Source: Octopus sinensis | Taxonomy: Eukaryota | NCBI RefSeq assembly: GCF_006345805.1 | Contig: NC_042998.1 | Coordinates: 10,106,001 to 10,170,000, forward strand | Reading direction: 5' to 3' | Length of the DNA stretch: 64,000 nt | In this document: positions 24,490 to 37,526 of the stretch, in pieces | How the letters are laid out: the number at the start of each line of letters is the position of its first letter | How positions within the stretch are numbered: position 1 is the stretch's first letter | Notes under the pieces: model-generated | Databases searched by the model: none | Told to the model about the DNA's origin: nothing | The model's input: only the letters and a program-made list of their open reading frames with translations | Made by a program: the position numbers and the translations under genes

Positions 24490-24906
24490 TTACGTCAAAA
24501 CTTTACTGCAAATGTTCATCATGAGCGCCATCTGTATCCCTATAAGTTTCAAATCCATCCTTAGCGTTGCGAAGTACATTTTGAAGCATTTTAAGAGTTA
24601 TCTCCCGCACTACTATCTGAATGCATTCTTTAAGTCCAGCTAAACTATTTGCTCCATCTTGAAAAATGAAGTTAAAGAAAATTATTGTAACCAACTTGGA
24701 AAAGATCTGTCGTGGACAAACGCGTGGGATCCGACAGGAATGAAAATAGAATTATAAAGCAATTATACAAATTATACAAATTATAAACAAAATTGAAAAT
24801 TTATACACATTTTACACATATTAAACATGATAAACATAAATAAAAATGAGATTTTTAAAAAATACCAATTTCACTGAAATAAATAGCAAATTCTAGGACA
24901 GCCTGT
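24490..24906 (-). mobile_element. Tc1/mariner remnant (transposase C-terminus plus degenerate TIR)
   Basis: LAGLKECI...ITLKMLQNV...GAHDEHL resembles the Tc1/mariner C-terminus; ggacagcctg|TA end. Confidence 0.55.
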
Positions 24907-24944
24907 ATAATGTGCATGTAATGTGGCGGCAGATGTTTTTGACA

Positions 24945-25230
24945 CACAAACACACACACACACACACACACATATGATTACATACTTATATACGCACACG
25001 TGTGTACGTATGTATGCATGCATGTATGTATGTATGTACGTATGCATGTGTGTGTATATATGCATGTATGTATGTGTATATATGCATGTGTGTATATATG
25101 CATGTATGTGTGTATGTTTGCATTTATGTATTTACACACATATATATTTGCATACAAACATGCATATACACACACATATATATATGTACATATACAAAAG
25201 CGCACGAGCGCGCGCCCACACACACACATC
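24945..25230. repeat. Compound (CA)/(TATG)/(TA) microsatellite region
   Basis: Directly visible. Confidence 0.9.
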
Positions 25231-25496
25231 TGTCATAATACCAATTTCTGAAAGGCTTGATAAAGTCATCTGCAGTAACCTCAATATTCATGGAATGGAG
25301 ATCAAGACAGACAAAGTGAACTTAACAGCCTGAACCAGACTAATACAAAACTGCAGAATTATTTCATGTTTTCTTCTCCAGTATTTCTTTACCTTGTACT
25401 GTTGCGTTTGCATCCTAAAAGTCCTGCTCTGAAGAAGGTAACGAGGTAACGGCATTACACCTGCATTCCCTGTTCTTCAGTTTTTACAAATATTGA

Positions 25497-25690
25497 TTTC
25501 AACTTTTAGCACAAGGCCAGCAATTTTAGAGGAGGGGGTAAGTCGGTTACTTAACTGGTACTTATTTTATCGACCTCGAAAGGATGAAAGGCAATGTAGA
25601 CTTCGGTGGGATTTGAACTCAGAACATAAAAGACGGACAAAATGCCGCTTGGCGCTTCGCCCTGCGTGCTAACGATTCTTTCCACCTCGT
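25497..25690 (-). mobile_element. SINE family A, diverged copy
   Basis: Reverse match to head and core with the second tail type. Confidence 0.65.
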
Positions 25691-25862
25691 TGTCTTTAGT
25701 TTTTACAAATATTAATAAGTGATTAAGCATACTAATTTATTGATAAATGATTTATCATTAAGCGCAGACAAGCATCTGACATCAACTACCACAGCATTGC
25801 GAGCCAAATATATTTATGAGAAACCTCGGCACCTGGAGGAACAAGCCGATATCGTCTTGTTG

Positions 25863-25891
<29 letters not shown>

Positions 25892-25893
<2 letters not shown>

Positions 25894-26121
25894 CGGCGAG
25901 CTGACAGAATCGTTAGTACGCGGGGAAAAATGCTTAGCAGTATTTCGTCCGCCGTTACGTTCTGAGTTCAAATTCCGCCGAGGTCGACTTTGCCTTTCAT
26001 CCTTTCGGGGTCGATAAATAAAGTACCAGTTACGCACTGGGGTCGATGTAATCGACTTAAGCTCTTTGTCTGTCCTTGTTTGTCCCCTCTGTGTTTAGCC
26101 CCTTGTGGGTAGTAAAGAAAT
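25892..26121 (+). mobile_element. SINE family A monomer preceded by a co-inserted 67-bp leader
   Basis: 17-bp TSD atatatttatgagaaac at 25808-25824 and 26122-26138 encloses leader plus SINE. Confidence 0.88.
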
Positions 26122-26540
26122 ATATATTTATGAGAAACTTAACGATACAGTTAACTCAAAACAGAATACCATTTGAGTTTTTATGGAGAAGCAAAAGGCT
26201 GTCGTGAGCAACTTTAATGTCTCCATGCTACCACATTCTGAACCTCATAAAACATCTGTTGCAATATGAAATATTCCCTTCGTCTTTTTATACATTTGAT
26301 ACTAATTTTTTCTTCAAAATCTTTCTTCCAGAGTTTCGATAAATACAGTAGTAATTAAGCAATAATAAATCTTTGAACGAGGTATAAACAGTAGCTGCAC
26401 GACAATGTGAAGTATATTTGCCACTGAAATGTGGCAAGATGTTCTCCTGGGGCTACAAGCTACAGTAGCATCCGCCCTTAGTGGTTAGCCACATTTAAGT
26501 GACAAATATACTTCACATTATAGTAGTAATTGTTTCTGAT

Positions 26541-26764
26541 ATGTATGTGTGTGTGTTTGTGTGTCTGTGTTTGTCCCCTAGCATTGCTTGACAACCGATG
26601 CTGGTGTGTTTACGTCTCCGTCACTTAGCGGTTCGGCAAAAGAGACCGATAGAATAAGTACTGGGCTTACAAAGAATAAGTCCCGGGGTCGAGTTGCTCG
26701 ACTAAAGGCGGTGCTCCAGCATGGCCTGCAGTCAAATGACTGAAACAAGTAAAAGAGTAAAAGA

Positions 26765-26765
<1 letters not shown>
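26541..26765 (+). mobile_element. SINE family C, 3' half, followed by (TA)n
   Basis: Matches family C from the internal microsatellite to the gagtaaaa tail. Confidence 0.85.
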
Positions 26766-26823
<58 letters not shown>

Positions 26824-27006
26824 TATACAAAAGCGCACGAGCGTGCGCACACACAAATCTGTTATAATACCAATTTCTGAATAGAAATTAATTTCCCGTG
26901 TAAAATCAAGTGTAAAGATTCACAAGAAAGGTCAAATAAGTGTTAACTATCTTCTTGTCTCTCTCACAATTCCACTACCAACATAATTGAATGTAATTGC
27001 TTTCAG

Positions 27007-27390
27007 GTAAAATGGAAAATAGCTCTCACATCCGATACGATGAAAAAGAGAATTTGACATAAAATGGCGGATATGTGTTGTTGGTGTCGACAATAATTAA
27101 AGAATAATTTACAATAGAATAAGGGTCGATTCGTTGCCTGGGAGTCTTCAGTTTCATACACCACACTTGGCAGATTTCTGCATGATGCTGGAGGAAGCAA
27201 AATTTAGAGAGATGTATCTATGAGATGCTAAAATGTTTGAAGATTGAAACAGCTCGAAGTGCAGATCCTCTTAGGTGAGTCGATACTGCTAATGTTCGAC
27301 TTAGATTTTTGCAAGTTAGTAGATGAGATAGAGAATACTGAAGCATTATTGGTGATGCATATACAGAGGAATAATGGAGGTAAGTCTTTA
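27007..27390 (+). mobile_element. Possible decayed hAT/Charlie-type transposase fragment
   Basis: Translation KIALTSDTMKKRI*HKMA resembles the LSxDTxKRRI..M motif of Charlie/ZBED transposases; many stops. Confidence 0.3.
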
Positions 27391-27543
27391 ATAGTATGAG
27401 GTTTCACTGCTGACACAATATGGATGACCAAAAAAATAAAAGAGACGGACAGAAGCAATAGGTAATTCAGTGCTATTAGAGAATAGCTGTTATGGTAAAA
27501 AAATACCGAAGGGGAACACATACACAATATAGCTCATCGCTAA

Positions 27544-27781
27544 AAAGGCGGCGAGCTGGCAGAAACGTTAGCGCGCCGGGCGAAATGCTTATTCGTATTA
27601 CGTCTGCCGTTACGTTCTGAGTTCAAATTCCGCCGAATTCGACTTTGCCTTTCATCCTTTCGAGGTCGATAAATAAAGTACCAGTTACGCACTGGGGTCG
27701 ATGTAATCGACTTAATCCCTTTGTCTGTCCTTGTTTGTCCCCTCTATGTTTAGCTCCTTGTGGGCAATAAAAAAATATATT
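27544..27781 (+). mobile_element. SINE family A monomer
   Basis: 11-bp TSD gctcatcgcta at 27532-27542 and 27782-27792. Confidence 0.9.
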
Positions 27782-28159
27782 GCTCATCGCTATGAAAGCG
27801 AGACAATTGAGAAGTCGAGGACTGATCCGTTAGATTGCAATGCCGAGTTCAAATCCTCCTTCCAGAAACGCTAACCATAAAAAAACTAGCTGCCTATTCA
27901 GAGAACTTCTCTTTCCTTTCCATTGAGCGTTCGGAAAACCGGTCCACATATCTTTGCAAATTATAAAAAAAGCTGTTACTTTAAGAATGCAATTCATTGA
28001 TAGATATAGTTATCGTATTGATGATATAAATTGGTATTACCTGATCGTCTGGAAATGATAGAAATAAGAAAACATAACAAACTCTAGTATATCTGGAAAC
28101 CAAAATTTATTTATTTACTGAATAGAAAAACAGAACTTCATGATTTTATCCAAATTATG

Positions 28160-28236
28160 GATGTATATTATATATATATATATAAATATGATATATATAT
28201 ATATATAAATATGATATACATATATATATATATATA

Positions 28237-28293
<57 letters not shown>

Positions 28294-28310
28294 CATATAT
28301 ATATAATATA

Positions 28311-28386
<76 letters not shown>

Positions 28387-28460
28387 ATACACACATACAC
28401 AAATATGTATAGATTTATATAATAATAATATATGTGTGTGTGTGTAAATATATATATATA
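28160..28460. repeat. Long (AT)-rich microsatellite
   Basis: Directly visible. Confidence 0.95.
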
Positions 28461-28484
28461 CACAAACACGCACAAATATGTATA

Positions 28485-28849
28485 CAGGGTGATTGAAAAG
28501 TCGCCATACATAGGGACAATTTATTTTTTTACGAGAAACAGTTTATAAGAAAAGTTGTTTTTTTTATTTAACCGATTCTATATGGTAACCATTGTTTCGA
28601 ATACACATTGCAATACATTTACCCAACTCATTGTGAACTCATAACAGCACATCTGGTGATACTTGTGCAAATGAGTTGGTGATGAGTTCCTTCAAATGAT
28701 TTATATCTTTTATCTTTTTGCGATACACCATGTCTTTCAAATGCCCCCAAAGATAGGAATCAAGAGGTGTCAGATCAGGAGATCTTATAAACTGTTTCTT
28801 ATAAAAAAAATAATTTTTTCCTATGTATGGAGACTTTTGAATCACCCTG
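28485..28849 (-). mobile_element. Internally deleted Tc1/mariner element
   Basis: TA|CAGGGTGATTGAAAAGTCGCCATACATAGG TIR and inverse ending CACCCTG|TA; encodes RSPDLTPLDSYLWGHLKDMVY. Confidence 0.9.
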
Positions 28850-28855
28850 TAGATT

Positions 28856-28914
<59 letters not shown>

Positions 28915-29559
28915 ATATATATGCGTGTGTGTGTATGTATATTTATATAAATGCCAATCGAAAGTCATAACAGTAAAAGAAAAATAAATAAAATTAACTC
29001 AACATCATCAGTGTATTTATTACAACACGGTTGCCATGGAAGCTGATCAGCTTCAAGATGAAATATCACCAAACGATTTTGTGTATTTGCTTTACAATGT
29101 TATAATAGTACTCCTTAACCAAATTCAATATTTGTAGACTATTCACACGTTTCTAATAAGCCACAAGGTATTTTTGTGATGCAAGTGCTTACACTGTAGT
29201 TAATAGTATCTACCATACTATTGTACTGTATTTGTTTTGTTGAGTTGTCTTACCTCTATTAAATATTATTCGACAATGTTTGCCTCTCTTCGATTTCGCT
29301 ATCGTTACAAAGGCAGTCAGTTGGCAGAATCGCTAAAGCGTCGAGCGAATGTGTTGCAGTAATTGTACTGGCTCTGTGTTCTGAGTTCAAACCTTGCCGA
29401 CATCAACATTGCCTTTCATTCTGTCGGAAGAAAGACGAAATAACAATTCAGAGCGGTGTATTGGCGAAAATTTAAGAATGTCGAACTGGACACCTTGTAG
29501 TGTTTGTTTCGGCCCTTCGCATTCCTATTGGATTGTAGGCTTAATGCGTTGCACCACCT

Positions 29560-29760
29560 TGCACGCTGGGCGCTTTTAGCAGAGTCCACTCCGTTGCCAG
29601 CGTTTTGGTCATGTTACCAGATTGAAGATATTTTCATCCATTCTTCTAATCAATCTTGAATGCCCTACAAAGGGCCATGAGTACTACATGACCCCGTAAC
29701 TAAAAGACTGAAAAGAAGTGCTGGAGTGGATTGTACTCACACTCTCACAAATCTCAATGT
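29560..29760 (+). mobile_element. Decayed LINE 3' fragment (RTE-like)
   Basis: Translation LRCQRFGHVTR resembles the LRWFGHVxR motif; weak. Confidence 0.35.
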
Positions 29761-29794
29761 AAATAAAATTATATGAGCTTCACACATTCCTCAT

Positions 29795-30010
29795 ATTGGT
29801 TTCAAATTTTGACACAAGGCCAGTAATTTCAAGGGAAGAGCTAGGTCGATTACATCGACTCCAGTGTTCAGCTGGTATTTATTTTATCGACCTCGAAAGG
29901 ATGAAAGGCTAAGTCGAGCTCGGTGGAATTTCAGCTCAGAACGTAAAGACGGACGAAATCTCGCTAAGTATTTTGTCCGGCTTGGTAACAATTTAGTCAG
30001 CTCGCCCCTT
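29795..30010 (-). mobile_element. SINE family A, diverged copy
   Basis: Reverse match to head and core. Confidence 0.65.
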
Positions 30011-30848
30011 ACACACATCCCTCATATTAGTGATTAGTTGTTGTTACTTTACACCAGAGTCAGCAGTGATCGGGTAAGCCTATAATTAAAGGCTTTCCAG
30101 TCGTGGCATTCCCCTTTTGTTTTATTTTTAAAAAGTGTGTCTTGGAGCACATTATGAAAAGTGTTCTTTTCAAAGACATTAGGATCTGTTTCCAGATAGA
30201 TTTAGCTGCTATTCATAGCAGGTCAAGGCAACCTGTTAGTTTCAAAGATACTGTAGTATAAAAGAGGTAGCACTGAGAAATTGACTACTGTCTCGTTAGA
30301 TTGAATCTCCGAGTTCGAATCCTTCTTCTGGAAACGTTAATCGCAATGAACTAGCAACTTATCTCAAGAGGAATTGTTCGAAAAATGACCCTTAGGCTCT
30401 TGTAAATTATAAAAAAAAGTATTACTTCATAATACAATTCACTTAACGCCCATAACACAATCACTGTTATAAATGTGTGTGTGTGTGTGTATACATTCAT
30501 ACATACATACATAATACATACATACATACCTACATACATACATACATACCTACATACATACATACATACATACATACATACATACATAATACATACATAC
30601 ATACATATCTGTTTTTAAGGTGCTCGCTTCGAGAACTGCATTTCCTTGCGTTCGGTAAATTGTGTTTATTATGGTGGTTTTCACTTTAAGAATCCCTCAT
30701 AGCGTGAGGCATTTATGTATAGTAATGCCCTTAATATAAATAAATATATTTAAAGGGAATAATTAATAATTTTTTTCCCTTATGAGGTTTTTCACGCTGA
30801 CTACTTGATAAATTCTTATAAAGATTTTATCCTATTTTTAAATTGTAT

Positions 30849-30879
<31 letters not shown>

Positions 30880-30880
30880 C

Positions 30881-30927
<47 letters not shown>

Positions 30928-30973
30928 ATATGTATATATTAGTTTATTCTTCCCTAGGTAGATAATTAGCTGT

Positions 30974-31005
<32 letters not shown>

Positions 31006-31375
31006 AAGAAAGAAGCGGGGAGGTAAAGAGAGAGAAACCATTCAAATAGCAATTTTAAATAACTTTAATCTAACTTTAAGAACAATTTTAAGAAATGACC
31101 AGCATCAGTTTTCATGAATTTGAATTTGAAATTCAGAGAATAAAAACTGTTATTTAATTATAGCCAATATAAACAAAAAAATAAAAAAAAAAGGTTTACC
31201 ATAAATTATTAGTTTTGTTGGCGAAGCAAATAAGAGTATAGTAATTTGATGAGTTCTAAATTCTGGTGTTTGAATAGCGAAATTATTAAAAATACATTTA
31301 ATGCAGGGGTCATTCGAAAGCTAAAATTAGGTACACAGTAAAAAAAAGAACAAAAAAAAACAAGCATTATCAGTC

Positions 31376-31716
31376 TACTCTTTTACTTGTTTCAGTCATT
31401 TGACTGCGGCCATGCTGGAGCACCGCCTTTAATCGACCAACTTGACCCCGGGACTTATTCTTTTCTAAGCCCAGTACTTATTCTATCGGTCGCTTTTGCC
31501 GAACCGCTAAGTAACGGGGACATAAACACACCAGCATCGTATACATATATATGACGGGCTTCTTTCAGTTTCCGTCTACCAAATCCACTCACAAGGCTTT
31601 GGTCGGCCCAAGACTATAGTAGAAGACACTTTCCCAAGGTGCCACGCAGTGGGACTGAACCCGGAACCATGTGGTTGGTAGACAAGCTACTTACCACACA
31701 GTCACTCCTGCGCCTA
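31376..31716 (-). mobile_element. SINE family C with an internal deletion next to the microsatellite
   Basis: Both ends present; the segment between cagcatcg and the (TA) tract is missing. Confidence 0.85.
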
Positions 31717-32061
31717 TACTAATTACTAATACTATAGTCAATTACTAATATTTTTTCCAGCTTCATTTTTTCGGAGGATGGCGATGGAGTATGGGGTAAA
31801 GAGATACGGGAGAAACTTTTAAGAATGTTTCGATTTGATTCTGATCATATCTGCCTTTGCGGCTCTTGCCGATCAAATTTGAGAAGTAATGTAGAATATT
31901 GCTGGAGTAGGAAATACAGAATATCTTAGAGACTAAGTAATTCAGATACGATCCACGTGGAACTGGAACTGAATATTGCTATTAGTAGAGTTCTAGTTTC
32001 GACTGTTGACTGAATTGCTGACTGAAAATCAGGTCAGAAAATTAGGGCATGCATTAGATAT

Positions 32062-32450
32062 GGATGGAAGCACTCCGTCGGTTACGACGATGAGGGTTCC
32101 GGTTGATCCGAATCAACGGAACAGCCTGCTCGTGAAATTAACGTGTAAGTGGCTGAGCACTCCACAGACACGTGCACCCTTAACGTAGTTCTCGGGGATA
32201 TTCAGCGTGACACAGAGAGTGACAAGGCCGGCCCCTTGAAATACAGGTACAACAGAAACAGGAATTAAGAGTGAGAGAAAGTTGTGGTGAAAGAGTACAG
32301 CAGGGATCACCACCACCCCCTGCCGGAGCTTCGTGGAGCTTTTAGGTGTTTTCGCTCAATAAACACTCACAACGCCCGGTCTTGGAATCGAAACCGCGAT
32401 CCTATGACCGCGAGTCCGCTGCCCTAACCACTGGGCCACTGCGCCTCCAC
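32062..32450 (-). mobile_element. SINE family B
   Basis: 11-bp TSD gcattagatat at 32051-32061 and 32451-32461. Confidence 0.92.
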
Positions 32451-33225
32451 GCATTAGATATACTGTACGCATGATTAGAAACATTCAGTTGTAAAGATGG
32501 TTCTGTGGTTAAGAAGTTCGCTCAGCAACCTAATGGTTTTGGGTTCAATTCCGCTGAGTGACATCTTGACTAAGTGTCTTTTATTATAGTCTCATGTCAA
32601 ATAATGAATTAGGAATGAAATTTGACTGTATGAACTGTACGGAAGCCCATCATATATATGGTTCAAATGTACAGAAAACAAAAGACAGAGGCAGGTGAGG
32701 GAACAACAAACAGGTATACTAGTTTGATGTTCGGGGAAAAATGGAAAAGTCTTTGATGTTTTGAGCCAATACTCTTTGACAGAAAAGGATGAATGGAAAA
32801 GATGGAGAAAAGAGAAAATTAAAAACAAAAACAAAAAAAAAAAGAAAAAGAAAAAATCCCCCAGAAAAATGCGTGTCCCGAAACTTGGCAGTTAAATACG
32901 AAACTAAACTAAAATGAAATAAAATACTGGCTCCGATATGATCATAAATAAAAGAAAATATAAAAAAAAAACATTAAGGGAACAACACATCAAATCGCAT
33001 TTTAATTTTAATGGAAAATTTTAATGTTTATCTGAGAGAAAAATGTCTTAATGTGTTTTCTTCATTATTCCATTTTCCCTGCCTCTTTTTTCTTTTAAAT
33101 TCTTGTCTTTCTTTCCTTCTCCATTGATCCATCCAATCGAATGCTTTCACATCCAGACTATTCTACGCATCCATATTGTATTTCGTCACATAACAATAAT
33201 ACTTTATTATTTAACTTCGTCCGAA

Positions 33226-33353
33226 TGCACACAAAGTCAATTTGATGGAGAATAATGATGTTGTTGTTGTTGTTGTTATTAGTGATAATGGTGGTGGTGG
33301 TGGTGATGGTGATGGTGGTGGTAATGATAGTGGTGGAAAAATAACTAAGAATT

Positions 33354-33398
<45 letters not shown>

Positions 33399-33578
33399 CT
33401 GATAGCAACGAGTATGATGGGGTGCACAAAGTCAATTTGATGGAGAATAATGATGTTGTTGTTGTTATTGGTGATAATGGTGGTGATGATAATGGTGGTG
33501 GTGGTGGTGGTGGTGGAAAAATAACTAAGAATTATGATGATGATGATGATGATGCTGATAGCAACGAGTATGATTGGG
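33226..33578. repeat. Two-unit tandem duplication built from (GTT)/(GGT)/(GAT) tracts
   Basis: Unique spacers gcacaaagtcaatttgatggagaataatgatg, ggaaaaataactaagaattatg and gctgatagcaacgagtatgat each occur twice. Confidence 0.9.
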
Positions 33579-34775
33579 GTGGAAATAAGTGGATGGTGTT
33601 TACGGTCATTAGAGCAGTGTGGTTGGAGTGACAAGGAGATGGCAATTATGGATTGCAGCATTTCAAGATTCCAATTATATATATATAGCTGGCGTCATCA
33701 GTTAAAGAGCGGATAGAGCATTCCCCACCCATCCCCCATCCCACACACGCACGCACACACATACACATACACACTCACACAAACACACACATCAATAAAT
33801 AAACAGTAAATAGCATTGTAGTTTAGAAATGTGGAATATTTTAGATACTCAGGCTGAAAGGAAAACAGAAAGAGTTTTCTTAGTAAAAATGAACAAACAA
33901 TATATATAAAAAAAAAACGACAAAAATTCAATAGTAACAACAAAAGCAATTATTATTCCTCGTTTTCGAATACTAGTTGCGTAGAAAAATCATTTCTTTC
34001 TCCCACCTACTTTTTGCAGTTAGACGTTCTGCAGTGAAATTAGAATTTCCATTTTATACATGGCTTTTGTTGATTGACAACGTGTAGAATATTTCATCTT
34101 TGTAATTTGTACAATGACTTCAATAATAAAAAAAATAATAATCCCTTTTCTGTGTGACTAAGGAAATATTTGCTTCCATTTGAATTGAAAATTTGTTGAA
34201 TTATTTTCCATTTGATTGCTGAATAAGATTTTTTTTACTTGGAGTAAGTGTCTTAAACATTAAATTTAAACATTCAGAACTCTATATTTTGGACGCTTGT
34301 TAAATACAAACTCCTTTCTTACTCTCATTCCTTTTATTAATTCAATGCGTAGAAAATTTTAGAGTTCCTTTTTGTGTGTGTGTGTGTACTCCACATGAGA
34401 AAACCAACCTTGTTGACACTTACAAACAATTTTTGAATTTTCGTCTACTTTTAAACGGAAATTGAAATTTTCTTTGAAAAATATATTCGACTGTTGAGTA
34501 AACTATCTTTTAATTTGCTTTTATTTGTCAGGATGGTTGTTAAATAAGAGATTGTCCTTCAAACGTATTTTTGGCGGATTGTTGAATAAGAAAATTTCCT
34601 TGAAAACATTGTTTTTTAAGAAAGGATTTTCTATAAAAATAAAAAAAAATGGTTTTTAATTTTTATTTTTTATGACTAGCTAAATAAAAAGAAAAAAAAA
34701 TTCCATTCACGACCATTGATAATATTATTTATCCTTCCGGCTAGCGGTTGAATCAGTTTCATCCTTAATATTGCA

Positions 34776-34823
<48 letters not shown>

Positions 34824-34826
34824 GTT

Positions 34827-34868
<42 letters not shown>

Positions 34869-35882
34869 ATTTTACTCAGGGATCCCGAATAAGGGATTTC
34901 ATAACTTTGGTTGGGTTCATATAAAATATTTCCATTTCTAACGGGATGTAGTTGTTCTTTTTAATATTTTTTTCATTAGCAGATTGTAAGATATTGAAAA
35001 AAAAAAAAAAAAAAAAGGAAAAAGAATTCCTTTATTCAAAAATATTTTTCGGCTGATTGTTGAATAAGAAACTTTTATTTAAAAAAAAAATCATTCTTTC
35101 TCCAGTCAATATTTGAAGATAAAACCATCTTTATTTTTTTCGGCTGACGGTTGTTTGGAAAAAGTTAATTTCATTCAAAAATATTTTTCGGCTGATTGTT
35201 GAATTAGAAACATCCATTAAAAAAAATCATTCTTTCTCCAGTCAATATTTGAGGATAAAAAACATCTTTATTTTATTCGGCTGATGGTTATTTGGGAAAA
35301 GTAATTTTCAACTGATAAGCAGATGGAAATTAATTTTAACAAATAGGTTATTTAATCTTGGGCTATGTTTGTTAAAAAAACAGTCATAAGTCAGGTAAAA
35401 AGGTCGCCTTCTAAATTGTTGAATAAGTGGTATTTCTAAAATATTTAAATTATTCTTCATTCAAAATCAAATTACCAATTTCTGGATAAGTAAAAGAATT
35501 AAAACTATTATCAATATTGTTGTTGTCGTTCGCTTTGAACTGTCACGTTTTACTGAGTTCTATGTTAAAGATATTATTTTCTAGGATTAACTTACGGAAA
35601 CTTTTTAAAATATTTTTTTCAACGAAGGAACCTCGGAATCATTTGGGCGTCTACCTCATTACATGGAGCTGAAGGAAGGAAGCACTGTTTGTAACATTAT
35701 TAAACTATCTCACATTTTGACAATTGTAATTCTTAAACATTGCAAGATGGCTGCCTCAGAAATGGCAGAAAGTGGTGCAAGCCAATATGGCGATAACACT
35801 TAACGTAAACTTATTCGTAAAAGGAATAACATTAGAAAGAAAAATAATTCAAAAATCAAAACCACACACACACATACACATA

Positions 35883-35943
<61 letters not shown>

Positions 35944-36293
35944 TATATATATGTGTGTGTGTGTGTTGTGTGTGTGTGTATGTATGTACGTACGTATGTG
36001 CACACATACATATGTATATATGTATGAATATTTATATCCTCACAAGTCTTACAACCATTGTTGCAAAACGTTTAATGTTGTATGATGGACAGTTGTGGCC
36101 AAGCCATATTTTCTTTAAAAGAATATTTGTTTAGAAAGGCTCTCTTTTAAATAAGAATGTTGTTCATTTTGTTTTTCCTTTTTGTTACTGGCTAAATAAA
36201 AAAAAATGTCTATTTACGATCATTGATAACATTTTCCGTATTATCGGCTGGCGGTTGAATCAGATTCACCCTAAATAATGCAATTATTATTAC

Positions 36294-36342
<49 letters not shown>

Positions 36343-36459
36343 GTTATTGTTATTGTTGTTGTTGTTGTTGTTGTTGTTTTCGCTGAACGGACATATATTA
36401 CAGGCTTCAGATGAAAAAGTAAGTATATTTAATTATTTCTTTTCCTATTTTTTTCCCAG

Positions 36460-37400
36460 GAGAAAGGCTTTAAGATGTTTGAGCATCAACTACATTATCT
36501 TGGAGAGAACAAAATATGGCGCAATGTGCCCAGCCCTGGGGGGAAGAGAAGGATACGGTAACAACGATTGATATAGTGGCAAATAAACCTCAGCGAAATT
36601 TTGAAAAATATGTTGACAATTTTGTAAGAAGAAATCGGATTTTAAAATATGGCAATTGCTCAGGTATCTATGTTTTTAAACACAGACATTCCTACATTTA
36701 CAAACATAAGTGACGGAAGCATAAACATTTACAACGACAATAACAACAGCATCACATGTTTTGCCTGTTTGAGAAACGTGTGTCACAGATCAGCTCCAGA
36801 AAAATGCCAATTTGGGCGAGGTGTGTTACAAATGCTAGTGCTTCCTTGCCCGAAGAAGAAAGTAGCACACTCCCATTTTTCGAAAAATGGATGGGCTTCC
36901 ATATACCTTCAAAGAAACAGTGAAAAGAGAACCGGAATGATGTGTAGCAAGATGTACTCCATCGGCCAGACTATAGCGTATGGAAGTGTATGCTAGTTCC
37001 ATAATACTGAGAATGAAGGCAGAAACAAAAGAAGATGGCTCGCTTCACACATGTCCAAAGGGTCGCACAGCAATAAATGGGAAGAAGTTATACAAGAATC
37101 ACAGTCAATTACATTTGTAGAGACGTTGACATATGGCATTTTGTCATCTTTGCGCTACAGTACAGGGCAAGCACGAAAGTAATACGAGTCAACATGTGCG
37201 TCAGTATGGCCTTCATAAACATGCAGGTCACATTGAATCCCGAAAACCACAATGTTGATAACAAGACTAGTAGTGCAGCTCCTAAAGGCCAAGCTGTGGG
37301 TCTCTTCACGTTTTGGTTTAGACCGAAAATGCTCGGGGATAATTTTGGAGAACCCAGTTTCCAGAAAGTGTCTGGAGTCATGCAATCTAATTCTAACTAG
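36460..37400 (+). pseudogene. Decayed carbohydrate-sulfotransferase-like (Sulfotransfer_2/CHST-like) sequence
   Basis: Collinear degenerate motifs across frames: C..KKVAHS (about 36847), xTPSARL (about 36950), FCHLC..GKHES (about 37140) and LDxKMLG..P (about 37320). Many stops and frameshifts; upstream acceptor ttttcccag at 36459. Recognised by eye only. Confidence 0.45.
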
Positions 37401-37526
37401 GTGGAAACTTTTTCCTCGTGTGTCTCTGTGTGTGTACGCTTTGCTCTCATTTGTATTTATTTGTACAATTTTGCTAAAAGAAATCTTGACATCTCTTAAT
37501 ATATTGTATTACTTTCACCCTACCCT

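Noticed and set aside
29030-29043. RFX X-box-like GTTGCCATGGAAGC, and YY1-like CAAGATGGCTGCC at 35743-35755
   Set aside because: Both are imperfect single matches, expected by chance in 64 kb, with no linked transcription start.
36419-36459. 41-nt GT-AG intron
   Set aside because: Too short for a typical intron here; more likely a degraded remnant or a chance donor next to a real acceptor.
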